Assembly: GCF_009914755.1 (NCBI RefSeq)
Contig: NC_060927.1
Source of the DNA: the human T2T-CHM13v2.0 reference genome, Homo sapiens
DNA: 64,000 nucleotides
Direction: 5' to 3' (one strand)
Shown here: positions 11,300 through 23,636 of the stretch, one piece after another
Layout: each line of letters opens with the position of its first letter
How positions within the stretch are numbered: the first letter of the stretch is position 1
The notes under the pieces: model-generated
What the model saw: the letters and a program-made list of their open reading frames with translations, nothing else
Told to the model about the DNA's origin: nothing
Database searches by the model: none
Translations under genes and position numbers: made by a program

Positions 11300-14200
11300 G
11301 GATTGTTATAAACTTAATGAGATGGTGGCTCAATCGTGGCAGCTGCCCCATGCTTGTTTGCTTGTTTTTAACCTAGAGCAAATCAGTATAGCCCCTTGCA
11401 GCTGGTGGCACCTGCTTTCTTTGATTTCCTCATTCAAGGGGCCCTGGAAGCCTCTGGCTGCCATCTGGAGGGGCAGCAGCACTCCTGCCCTTCTTTCCCT
11501 CAGTGTTCTAACAATTCACCAGCCCTCCCTTGAAATCCAGAGCACTCAGCCATCCTGCAGGCCACCACGCTGGTCTGCTTCATTGATGACATGCCATTTG
11601 GTCCTGGGAAATGAGAACCAGGAACATCTTAGACACCTTGCTCAGATCCATGTTGTGAGGAGACAGGAAAGAAGCCCCAGAAAAATTCAGGAACCTGCCA
11701 CCTTGGCGAAACTTCTAGGGGTCCCGTAAGTTGGGGCCTGTCAGGTTATCCCTTCCTGGGTGAAGATGGCTAGATGGCTGCACCTTGCTCCTCTTGCCAC
11801 CAAGGAAGAAGCCATACCTATTGGGGCTTTGGATTGTTGAGGACAATGTTGAGTGTGTGGCTCTCACCCAGATTGCTGCCAGTTTTGAATGTGACCCCAA
11901 ACAAGAAAAGGCTCTGCAATAAGTCCAGGTTGCTGTACAAAAGGCCTTGTCACTTGGGCCATATGACCCAGCAGACCCAATGGTGTTTTGAGTGGCAGCG
12001 GCAGATAGTGAAGCTACATGGAGCCTTTGGCAGCTTCTATAGGTGAATTGCAGGGAGGATCCTTGGGGTATTGGAGCAGAGCCATATGATCGTCTGCGGA
12101 GAATTATTTTCCTTTGGAGAAAGAGTTTCTGGTTTGTTACTGGTAGAGCTGGGAGAGACTGAATGCTCGATCATGGGCCACAAAGTTACCATACCGCCAA
12201 GCTGCCTGTCATGGCTTGAGTGCTGTCTGGCTCACCAGGCACAGGGCTGGGTGAACTCAGAAGCATCCCATTTGCAGGTGGAAATGGCACACGTAACACT
12301 GGGCTGGAACAAGTGCTGAAGACAAAAGTGAGTCGTAGAAACAAGCAACTCAGACTCCTGTGTCACCTGCTTCTCCTCTCCTCATACCTATGTTTTGTGG
12401 GGAGATTGCTATGACTACTTGGTGGTGGAAGAAAACATTCACCCCAGCTTACAGATGACTCTGCATCATGTGTTGACACCATTCCACAGACAGCGACAGC
12501 ACTATAGCTCCACTCAGGGTGGCCCTGAGGACAGCGGTGAATAGAAATTCTCTTTGTGGAAAGAACTTGAACAGTGTATCTGGATGGCCTTTTTGCCTTC
12601 AGGGAGAGATAAGGGTTTTTCTACATAGGTCCATGTGCAACGGGCTAATTATTTGGCTGGATGATCAGGAACATGGCAGGATGGAAGGAACACTATTGGA
12701 AAATGAGTGACAAGGAAGCCTGGGATGAAGTATGTGGCTAGACCTTTGCAAATGAGCACACACTGTCAGGACACTGGTGTCTCATCATTGTGCCCACCAA
12801 AGGGCAAGCCCAGCAGAGGAACCTCCCAGCAATCCGGTGGCAAGATGACCTGTTTTGAGGATGTCAGTCAGCCTCTTTCCCCAGTCACATCTGCCATTGA
12901 CTAATGGCTTTATGAACAAAGTGGCCATGGTGGCAGAAATTGAGGTTCTGCTTGAGCTCAGAAAAACATGGATTTCTACTCATTAAGGGTGATCTATCTG
13001 CAGGCACTGCTGATATTCCATCCCGCCAGCAGCAGACACCAACACTGAGCTCCTCCATGCCCTTACTGGCAGAACACCAGCCAGACACCTAGTGGCAGGT
13101 GGATGACATTGGACCACTTCCATCATGGAAGGAGAATGATTTGTCATCACTGGAATTGTCACTTTTTCTGGATATGTATTTGCCTTCCGTCTGCACTGCT
13201 TCTTCCAAACCCATCATCTGTGGTCTACAGAATGCTCAACCCATTGTCCACAGTATTCTACACAGCACTGCATATGGCCAGGAGAGCTCATTTTACAGTG
13301 CATTAAGTGCAGCAACAGGCTTGTGTTTGTGGAATTAACTGGTCTTTTCATCTCCCCATCTCCCTGAAGCAGCTGGCCTGATGGAACTGTGGAATGGTTG
13401 CTTTAAGACTCCCAACTGCATGACAACAATTTGTGGGGCTGAAGGAATGTCCTACAGGATGTGGCATGTGCTCTAACACAGTGACAAATATATCTGTGTG
13501 GTTTCTCCCACAACCAGGATTCACTGATCTGAACATCAAGGGCTAGAACTGGGAGTGGATCTTCTTACCATGACCTCTAACATCCCGTTGACCAATTGCT
13601 TGCTTCCTATCTCCACGACTTTATGCTATACTGGTTTAGAGATTTTGATTCTCAAGGAACAAATGCTCCCACTGGGAGACATAAAAAAATCAGTCCATTG
13701 ATTGGAAGTCAAAACTGCCACCTAGCCCTTCATACCACGGAACCAATGGGCTTAGAAAGGTGTTTTTATAATGACTAGGGCAATTGATATGGATGGTCAG
13801 AAACAGAGGGCAGGCAGAGGGGAGTATAGCTGGTACAAGTGTTCTCTGGGGCACCTCTTGGTACTCCTGAATCCTGTTGTTACTAGAAAACTATAGCAGC
13901 GTGGTATAGGCAGAACCATAAATAACATCATCCTTCCAGGAATGCAGCCATCAGCCTAGGAACTAAGCTGAGATGAAGGCAAAGGGGATATGGAATAGGG
14001 AAGGGAAGATGGAAGTTACAAATACAGCCACGTGACTAGTTGCAGAAATAGAGACTGCAGAATTTGTGTGTGTAGTGTGTTTCTTGCTTTTCTATGCATA
14101 TACCAGTATAGATTCATCCACCATCGTTCTCTTTCCTTCCTCTCCTATTTCCATACCGTTGAAATACAAAGTAGATGAATAGTAATGAACCTGTATCTTT

Positions 14201-14420
14201 GCATTAAAGTTATAGACATCAAAGGGGGCATGTGCCTCCAGTAGCAGAGGGGAAGTGACATGTGTAACATGTGTCTCCTCTTAGGGGAGAAGGTAGTTGC
14301 TTCCAGTTGGTTGAGGGGTACTTGCGTTGGCTTAGACACAAGTGCAGTGTTATGGTCTTCATTCAGAGGTTAAATGTAGTTAAAACAGGTATGTGGGATG
14401 CCGACTGGACAGAGTGTGGT
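11300..14420 (+). mobile_element. ERVL (class III endogenous retrovirus) internal fossil: RT, RNase H, integrase, dUTPase; all frames broken
   Basis: Fragments match HERV-L/ERVL Pol motifs in order. DCYKLNEMV (~DYRKLNQVV), FIDD at 11579-11590 (YIDD), KIQEPATLAKLLGV (~KIQGPSTSVKFLGV), LGPYDPADPMV, GHKVT, EQSGHGG (integrase zinc finger), QVDDIGPLPSWK (~QVDYIGPLPSWK), and dUTPase-like sequence at ~13630-13870. Confidence 0.9.
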
Positions 14421-14422
14421 CG

Positions 14423-14700
14423 TGTTGGATCATCTGTCATTCAGCTTGGCACACAACAAAGGCTGGGAACAATGTTTTCATGGATCCCTTCCTGTTTGGA
14501 CCAGGGAAGAGTTTTTCCAGTGAGTGGTATCCATGTGAGGTTGGGAGGTAGAGCAGACATGGCTTGGATGTGGCAGGGTCAGATGCTGTGGCCTGGGCAG
14601 ATGTGGTGGCTTCCACGAACCTCTGCATGAGCTCTCATTTCATGGCCCCCTCTTGGGAGGTAGACCCCCTAGGTTATCAGATTTCTTGACTTTTCCTTTA
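14423..14700 (+). mobile_element. Probable 5' part of the ERVL 3' LTR (subfamily not assigned)
   Basis: TG start immediately after a degenerate ERVL polypurine-tract region (gccgactggacagagtgtggtc). The sequence resembles old ERVL LTRs. Confidence 0.45.
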
Positions 14701-14740
14701 TGGAAATGTATTGATCGGCTGACGTGTGATAAATGCCTAG

Positions 14741-15410
14741 TGCTATGGCCTGAGTATTTGTGACCCCCCCCCCGTGAAATTCATATGTTGAAATCCTCAC
14801 CCCACAAGGTGATGGCATTAGGAGGTGGGGCCTTTGGGAGGTGATTAGGTTATGGGGCAGAGTTCTTATGAATGAAATTAGTGCCTTATGAAAGAGGCCT
14901 GAGAGAGCTCCCTGGCCCCTTATGCCATGTGAGGACACAGTGATGGAAGCCATCTGTGAACCACAAAGTGGGCCTTCACCAGACACCCAATCTGCAGGCT
15001 CCTACATCTTGGACCTCCATCCTCTAGAACTATGAGAAATAAATTTCTGTTATTTATAAGCCACTGAGTCTATGGTATTTTTTTTTCCCACAGGGTCTCA
15101 CTGTGTCACCCAGGCTGGAGTGCAGTGATGCACTCTCGGCTCACTGCAGCCTCGATCTCCCAAGTACAAGCGATCCTATCAGCTCAGCCTCCTGAGTAGC
15201 TGGGACTATAGGCGCACACCACTGTGTCCAGCTAAGTTTTGTATTTTTTTGGTGGAGACAGCGTTTCTCCATGTTGCCTAGACTGATCTGTAACCCCTGA
15301 GCTCAAGTGGTCCACCTGCCTTGGCCTCCCAAAATGCAGGGATTACAGGCGTCAGCCACCATGCCTGGTCTTATGGTATTTTGTTATAGCAGCCTGAGTG
15401 GGCTAAGACA
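14741..15410 (+). mobile_element. MLT1A-type MaLR solo LTR split by an Alu
   Basis: TGCTATGG start, GGAGGTGGGGCCTTTGGGAGGTGATTAGG, AATAAATTTCTGTT, and end ...ttgttatagcagcctgagtgggctaagACA. Confidence 0.88.
15079..15370 (-). mobile_element. AluJ-type inserted into an MLT1A LTR
   Basis: Full reverse Alu with TSD TATGGTATTT at 15071-15080 and 15372-15381. Confidence 0.93.
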
Positions 15411-15787
15411 CATCTACAAGCTGCTGAAGGGACAAAGGTATCTCCACATGGGTGGGGACCCCAACCTTGCAGAATTGCTAAAATGGTAGCGCCCAAGTCC
15501 TCACCCCAAAGCTACTAAATAGGCCAGGATTTCTTGGTGCCAAGAAATCTGCATTGTTAGCAAGCTACATCCCTTCAGGCAATTGCGGAGGCTGCGCAGA
15601 CAGGCTGGGAAACTGAGATAGAAGACTCAGACCTTATCTCCTAATCGTGGTCAGCATACCGCATTGAAGAAAAATCGAGCCATCCAGTGAAGAGTTCTGA
15701 TGATTCTGATGACTCTTTGAAAACAACAGCAGTAATAATCATCAATAAACCAAAGCAGCGCTTTGCACTCAAAAAAATCCTAAATAA

Positions 15788-16011
15788 CAGGGGTGTTCAA
15801 TCTTTTGGCTTCGCTGGGCCACATTGGAAAAAGAATTGTCTTGGGCCACATATAAAATACACTAAGACTAATAGTAGCTAACTTACTTTAAAAAAATCAC
15901 AGACAAAAAAATCTCATAATGTTTCAAGAAAGTTTACGAATTTGTGTTGGGCCACATTCAAAGTTGTCCTGGGCTGCATGTGGCCTATGGGCTGAGGGCT
16001 GGACAAACTTG
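15788..16011 (+). mobile_element. MER30 (hAT-Charlie MITE)
   Basis: CAGGGGTGTTCAATCTTTTGGCTTC...GGACAAACTTG with 8-bp TSD CTAAATAA/TTAAATAA. Confidence 0.88.
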
Positions 16012-16274
16012 TTAAATAATATAAAGCAATGTTTGTCAAAAGTGATATCTGTAGCCTTGGAGTTCAGCGAGACGATTTTAGGTGGCACAGGGAAAAAAAT
16101 ATTTTCTATTTTAGTAGCTGTAGCATGTCAAACATGTTACTCGCTTATGGTTACATTAAATCAGGCAGCAAGTTTAAAAGAAGAGGGTTGGTTTAGGCAA
16201 AGACATAGGTGACAGGAGAGGTGGGCAGTAGTAAGACACACCATTGTGTAGACCCCGTGCAAGGCCTTGGGAAG

Positions 16275-16700
16275 CACCCCATGTCACTTCTGTGACATTC
16301 TTGCCAAAAATATATAACCTCGTTCTGATCATGAGTAAACATCAGACAGATCCAAACCGAATCCAAACTCTACAAAATAACTGAGCTGTGTTCTTTAAAA
16401 ACATAAAGTAAAACATAAGTGACCAATCACGACTGAGGAACGGTCCCAAGTTGGCAGGGACATGACAACTAAAGGCAATATGGGATCTGGATCTGATTTG
16501 GGACCAGAAGAAGGACATTTCGGGAAAATTGGCAAAATTCTAATAAGGTTTTTATGTTGGTTAACAGGATTTTATTCATGACAATTTCCTGGTTTCAATC
16601 ATTGTACTTTATTGTGCAAGATACAAACATGGGGGAAACTGAGTCAAGACTATACAGGAAAACCTTGTGAGTCTAAAATTATTCCAAAACATTAAAAAGG
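16275..16700 (+). mobile_element. L1MC/L1ME 3' end
   Basis: gacatgacaactaaaggcaatatgggatctggat...tgtgagtctaaaattattccaaa motifs of old L1 3'UTRs. Confidence 0.7.
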
Positions 16701-17009
16701 AAGATAAATGGCATCTGATTGAATTGAAAAATGAAAGAAAAAGAGTAGGGTCTATGTGGAGTGGGCAGAAGTTTTGCAGGATGTGTAAGGGTGTCTGACT
16801 CAGGAGAAATTCACTCAGAAGTGTCTGCTCATTTGAAAGTTTGAATGATTCTTTAAAAATCAAAACACTTGGAAGTTCTAAGGATTCCAAACATTCTCCC
16901 TTCCCTCCCAAATCGAATATTCCCCAATTCTAAAGATTGGGGAATCAGATTATTGCAAAGTTCTCAAACTGCCAAATATTCTACAGTGTTAGAAGCATTG
17001 CCTTATTTT

Positions 17010-17195
17010 AGGCAATGCTCTTCAAACTGCAGGATGCACGGGGTCACTTGTTTAAAATACAGATTCATGAACTTTGTCTCCAGAGATTTGGAATCGGTAG
17101 GTCTGGAATAGGGCCCGGGAATCTGCATTGTGAATGCCCCATCTGTGAGCTTGTTGTAAGCACCCCAGAGGCCCCTCTGAAATCTCTGCTCTAGG
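17010..17195. mobile_element. MER5-type hAT MITE
   Basis: ttgtttaaaatacagattc...gtaggtctggaatagggcccgggaatctgcatt. Confidence 0.6.
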
Positions 17196-20100
17196 GGTCC
17201 CAAGCTGCCCTCCAGATCAGCCCAGTAGTGGGGACCAGCCCGACTGGGAAGGGGTCTGTGTGGAGCAGAGGATGGAGCATTCTCTGGTGGGTGCTGGACA
17301 GCAGCCCAGCAGACCTCACCTGTCCCAGGCTTGAGCCTGGCTGTGCCAGGGGGATGGGGAGATGGGGTGGGGTCTCTGGGGACTCAGGGTTCCTGCCCCC
17401 TCCTGATCCCTGTCCATCTGCTGCCCGGGAAGCCAGGCCACTTGTGGGGCTGGATGTGTGGGGCAGACAGCCTGACTGAGTTGCCACAGGTGCCCTGAAT
17501 CTTGGGGATGAAGCAGGCATGCTTCCTGCCACGGGGTCGGGAAGGAGCCAGGGAGGGAGCAGCGGGGCCTGCAGCAACAGGCAGGGTGGTGACACAAAGA
17601 CCCATTCACCATCTCCAGGGCAGTGGCGACTCTCAGGGGAATCTCTCAGTGGCTGGGGGTGGAGAGGAGCCAGTTCCCAGCAGACAGCTTCATGCCTGTG
17701 TGGCGTGACATCTCTATTTCCTCCAGAGGCTCTAGAACACAGGAGCCTGCAGCCTAGGCCCCCACCCCGCCATCCTAAATAACGGTGGCAGGCGCTACTC
17801 TCAACACCTTAGCTGCTTTTACTTGCTGAATTCTCACAACAACAGAGATCTCATGGGGAGGTGAGTAGAGGGACATCATTGGGTAAGGACGTCATGGATC
17901 AAGGGCTCAAACCCCAACCCTGGGCTGCAGTCTGCTCCCCAGCACCTCTCTGCAGGCTGTCCTGCTTGCACCCCACCCCCTAATACCATGGCTTCCCATT
18001 CAGTCCCACACAGCTCTGGCAGTGAAGATGCTCTTTCTTGCAGGGAGCTAGAGTCTGCCTCCCTGTGAGTTTCCTTATGGTTCTGGCTCCTCCCAGGCTG
18101 CAGTCTCCAGCCCGTCTCCTCCTCTCTTCTAAACGTACCTAGAATATTCCTGCTTCTCCTCAAGGGTAGGACCCAGTTCTTTCAGAGGACTCTGCATTGT
18201 ATGGAATATAACTGAACAATCACCTCCCTTATGCTGGGTATAGGTCTTGGTTAATACGATCTGAACTACTCACTTCTTCTTTAGAGAAGCTATCCCACTG
18301 TTGATGCCAATCAGTGCTCTCAGGTAGGCCTTAAAGTGTTAACGCTTTTCACTTGGCTTTACTATGACGTCTGCATTCTGTGCATTTTACTTTTGCCTCT
18401 TTTTAGCTCTATCATACTCAAGGGAATCATGGGGCATTCTTGCAGGGCCTGACGCTAGTGCCCTCATCCCGGCAATAACCAACACCAATAGCACCCATCA
18501 CATACTCACCACTTCACACAAACCTGCTTTCCCCCACTGGTATCTCATGAACACCTTGCAAGCATCAGGAAACTGAGGCTTGGAAACATGGAAGGACTTG
18601 CTCAAGGTCACACGGTGGAGAGGAGCAGAGCTGAAGACAGCGCTAATGACCACTTTTTAGCTTTGCTGTGTGCTAGATATTGGGCGGGGTCTCTCTTACA
18701 GTGACCTACTGAGGTAGACTCCGTGCCACCTGCTTTGTATAGGTGAGGAAACAGGTGCAGTGTGGTGTAAACACCCATCTGCTGCTTCGGGTGCACAACC
18801 AGTGTGAGATTTGGACCTGATGGGCAGGTTTAGGTCTACACTCTTCATTCCTGAGCTGTTCTGCCTCCCAGGGCTGTGAGGCTTCCTCAACCATGCTGGG
18901 CCCCTCTCAGGCTCTTTCCTCACTGTGATTTGGGGAGAGCAGTGGCTTCCCCGTGGGCTTGGGGGCTGATGTGCATCAGCCGACCTCCCTCCCCACACAG
19001 AGCAAGTTGTCAGGGAATGAGCGTTTATAATGAAAGGAAAAGGAAGGAGTATTCAAAAGCCTTTTCTGATCCCTGAATGGAGTTAGACTGCCTCTCGGGT
19101 TCCCTCCAGCTCCCCCAGTTCATTCCTTTGACAAATATTTTTCAAGCACCCGCCCGAGTCCCTAGTGTCCTATAAGGCCCCTGTGATCTGGGTCCTGCGA
19201 CCTCTCTCACTCCAACCCCTTCACCCTCCTGCAGTCACTGCACTCTGGCCACACGCTCTCAGCTTTGCCTGGCACTCTCCCGCTCCAGGCATTTGCACTG
19301 GCTGTTTCCTCTCCCAGAAATCTCTTCCCCCAGATGTCCGGTTGGCTCACTGCCTCGGTTCCAAAGACCTTTCATTTCTCAGGGAGATCTTCTGTGATCA
19401 CTGTGTCTAAAATTTCCACACCTGGCCCACGCAGCACGTCCCGTCTCCCTTCCCAGTGTCACGGTTTCTTGTTAGTCTTTATTGTGCTTCCCCACACCAG
19501 ATACCTTCCTCACAGTTGTGGTTGTTGCTGTTTGACTGTCAGCTCAACTGGGAGGGGATTGTTGCATGGTATACTCACGGCTGTAACCTCAGCCCCGAGC
19601 CGGTGCCTGGCACCCAGGAGGTTCTCCGTGAACATCGATGGGGTGAGCACAGGCTGTGTGTCTGGATTAGATGTGTGGGAAGCAGATTCTTCTTCAAGGA
19701 GCGATGCCTATCTTTGTTCATTTGCGAAAATTTCTTGGACATCCTCTGTTTCAAATTTCACAGCCCTCCCCATTTTGTTTTAGTGATCACACAGTGTCCC
19801 AAGGCACGGATGGATGGCTCATGACTTATTTAGCCAGCCTGCTGTTTCTGTTGAATATTTGGACTGTTTCTGATTTTCGCTGTCCCAAGCTACAAACCTC
19901 CACACTGGTGGCCACCATCCAGGAGGTGGCAAAGCCCCTGCTGAAGCCAGCTGGGGTCCTCAGAAGAGCTGAAGCGGACCTTGGGCCCTAGCTGGCTAGG
20001 AAAGGGCATCAGAGTTGGGGGAGGGGTAGAACTTACAAATTTGCCATTAATACCTCAGGACCTAATTCATAAAAGCATCTAATTATGGGGTGCCAGTGTT

Positions 20101-23100
20101 TAATTGTAATTTTGGTAATGACCTGCAACTGCATACAAATTATAGGGTAATCAACTCAAACGTGCTGACAGCTGTTATAAATGCCATTTAATCTGACGTG
20201 GAGCACCCAGCCGGTGTCTCTGGGACTCAGGAAAAGGCAGGGTGTGGAGGATGGCCTGCATTCGGCTTATAATACCAAGACAACGGGAATGGCATAAGGC
20301 CAGACTGCAAACACCAGCTGCCATGCATTTTTACTCACCCCTCGTCCTTGCCCATGAAGTGTGGCCCAGGAAGGATTGCAGCAAGAGGTCAAACCCAGAT
20401 TGAACCTGTAACGGTTTGGAAGGTGAAAGAGGAAGGCTGCCTCGCTGGGCTGGCTTGGGGCAGGATAAGGAGCTCAGAGACAGGGGCATGGCTGAACAGG
20501 CTTCCTCTGCACCTTTGGCAGGGGGTGGGCCAAGTCAGAGGTTAGAAATTGGTGGCCGCTGATGTGTTTTATCTGGCCTCATGTGCTCTGAAATAATACA
20601 TCTGGAAACCTTAGGTGAGGCACGTGCTGCTTTTTAACCACACTCCCCACCATTCTCTATCATCTTCCCTGTAGCCTACTCTCCTCCACTTTCACCTTTA
20701 CCACCTGGGTCCTGTTGGCATTGAGTTGCCAGCACCTTTCCAGAGATAGTGTCTGTGGTCAGGGGAACACGGGCTTTGGAGCTGGACACGCAACTTTAAA
20801 GTCTGCACTCTGTCCCTTGCCAGCTGAGGGGCTGGGGGCAAGGAAGAGATCTCTCTGTGCCTTTCCACGTGCCAGAGAGAGGGTGCACACATGTATAAGG
20901 CCCCACCTGAAGGGTTCAGTCAACAAGTTCTCCAGCTGCGAGGGTAATGTAGCGCAGTGTGGGCGCTGGTGCAGACCGCCCAGGTTCCCATCCCAGCCCA
21001 GGCACCAGCAAGTTTCTGGAACTTGGGTTAGCTGCTTCAGCTCACAGCTTCTTTATCTGTAGAGCAGGGAAACTAATAAAGAGTGCTACCTACCTCAGAC
21101 GGTTATGTAGAGTTCATGGATATGAAGGGCTAGAACAGCGCCTGGCACACAGCTGGCACTTCACAAATGGTAGCCAACACTGATATATGCAATGTTGGCT
21201 TTTGACATCTGATGTGTCGGACACTTGGAGTACATCTCAGTGAGTACCTACCATCTGCTGGGGAATTGAGGACAGGGTGAAGGACAAGACAGACAAAGAC
21301 TTTCACATACACACACCATCCTCTTTTCCTCTCCCTCTCTTTGAAAACTCTTCCTTGTTGATCTGTCCTGCAAACTCATATTCATCCTTCAAGACCCAGC
21401 TGGTTTCTCCCCCTTTGCCCAGTCTTTGCTGCTACCCTCCGTCCTCTGGGCCAATATCTGTTGAGCACTGGCTGCCTTTGTGGCATTGAGCTGAGGAGGC
21501 CATTGGCTTGTCTCTGTCTCTGAGTGGGGGTGTTTTGGTGGCTGGATCATGACTACACTGAATATGGCTCTCTGAAGAACTTGCTCAATATGGGTTGAAC
21601 TGATCCTATTAAAATAGCAAGTCAGGAGGACCTTAGAGGACTTCTGTACCAGGGCGGTTGCCTTTCTACTAATTTGCTTTAAAAGGAAATATATGTTCAT
21701 AGGGTAAAACAATCTATTACGCTAAAGAAGTACATAAGGTACAAAGTGAAATTTTCCTTTTCAATCTTTTGAATTTTTTAGAGATTACCGATGTCAATAG
21801 TTTTTTGGGCTTCATTGCAGACATTCTCTATGCATCTCCACACTGTCTATTTCCCCTCTAAACACACTCGTCTGCACCTTTCTTTGTTCACTTGCTAATA
21901 TTTCTTGGACTTCCTTCCATTTCAAATTTCACAGCCCTCCCCCATTCATTTTAGTGGTTGTGAGGGGTCCCAGAGTACGGATAGTTTGTGATTTATTTAG
22001 CTGGTCCCCTATTTATGGGCATTTGGGCTGTTTCTGAGTTTTGCTATCCCGAGCCTCACTGTGTGAATGTTTTGGTATGAACCTTCCCATGTGTAATCTG
22101 CTGCTGGTGATATACTCAGCGGGGGTGAGGTCCCCTGAGTGAGCTGGCCCGTCCTCTATTGTTGGGCCTCTCTGTTGCTTTCAGTCCTTTTGTATTTCGC
22201 ACACCTTTCAGGGGCCGAGTGCTGCTACTAAACCGCTTTAGAAACAGCCTTATCCCATGGGTCCCTCCGTGGTTCAGGATCTCCAGAGTTTTGCCGGGAA
22301 ACACCCCAAAGGATGGACAGCCAGGCACATCCCTGCCACCCTCTTGTCCTGCCCCCACCCAAGTGGGACAGCTGTGCCTTGTCCTGTATTGCATGCATTT
22401 TTTACTGTCAACTTGGAGTTTCTCAGCTACTGAACTAAGTCTGAAGGCACTCATTTAGTTGGGAGACTTCCTCTGCCTCCCCATTTCAGGTCTAGGGAAG
22501 CTGAGGCCCAGGGAGGGGGCTATGTGCCCCCAGGTCATCTGGAAACCTCAGCTGCAGGTTTGAGGCCTGCCCGGTCTGGGTGGGCAGCGGCTGACACCAG
22601 GCTTCCCTGGGGCGGCCCCCCCAAAGGGGCCTTCAGCCCCGTCCTTGGCCTAATCCCGTTTTCTGCCCAGCTGAACAGCCGAGAAGGCTTATTTCTCGTC
22701 CCATTTTAATGCAAAGGAGGCTGCCTGGCCTGGACTGGCTTGTTCTGAGTGCAGTGACAGTGGCCGTGAATGGGGACCCCAGTAACGGGGACAAAAATGT
22801 GACAGGGCCCTCCATCATGGCATTGTACGACAATCGGGACATTATGGTTGCTCCTGGAACCCTCTCCAGGAAGGGGTGGGAGCCTCCGCCTGGTATGCTA
22901 AGCAGACAGAGGCCAGGCCTGCCTTGGGCCCCTGGCCTTGGCCTGGTCAGTGATTCCATTGTGTGAGGCGCTTGGACCTGAGCAATTCAAAGGGTTCTCC
23001 AGCTGCCTCCCTCCCTCCCACCTCCTGTTACTGAGGCCTGGGCATCTGGGGTGTGGGTGGAGGGGCTTTCAGATCCCGCTGCTGGTCCCACCATCTTGCG

Positions 23101-23329
23101 GTGTGTCCCCAGGACAGCTGCTTCCCTCTCTGGGCCTAAGCTGGTACTAACAACAGCAGTAACGACAACAACCACGTAACAGGGGACATTTGAATGTTGG
23201 CCATAGCGCTTGACATGCGTTCCTTCTACCATTCCCACTGCCTTCCCCTGATTGAGGAGGTCATTGAGGCCCCGTACGTTAAGTGACCAGGTGTGAGAGG
23301 CACAGTATGACATAGGGGATGGGCCTGGC

Positions 23330-23636
23330 TGTCCCATAGAAACACAGTGCAAGCTTCACGTGAGCTTTCCAACTTCCTGGAAGTTACGTTAAAGAATATA
23401 TCAAAAGGAACAGGTGAAATCAAATTTAATTATCTAATTTACATAACTCAATCTACCCCAAATATGATTTCAACATGTAATCTGTATTTCAGCTACTACG
23501 AATGAGACATTTTGCATTGTTTTTCATGAAGCCTGGTGTGCATTTGACACTTAGAGCACAGCTCAATTCAGCACTCACCACCTTTCAAATGCTCGTGCCA
23601 CACGCGGCTGGTGGCTGCCGGGCCGGACAGCGCAGC
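23330..23636 (-). mobile_element. MER33
   Basis: aacaggtgaaatc...atttcaacatgtaatc...gtggctgccgggccggacagcgcag terminus. Confidence 0.72.

Noticed and set aside
11250-13338. ERVL Pol ORFs as a domesticated retroviral gene
   Set aside because: Motifs are scattered over different frames with many stops and frameshifts, and YIDD and the integrase zinc-finger residues are altered.
16919-16945. Perfect 10-bp hairpin ATTCCCCAAT-N7-ATTGGGGAAT
   Set aside because: Roughly one such stem is expected by chance in 64 kb, and there is no supporting context.
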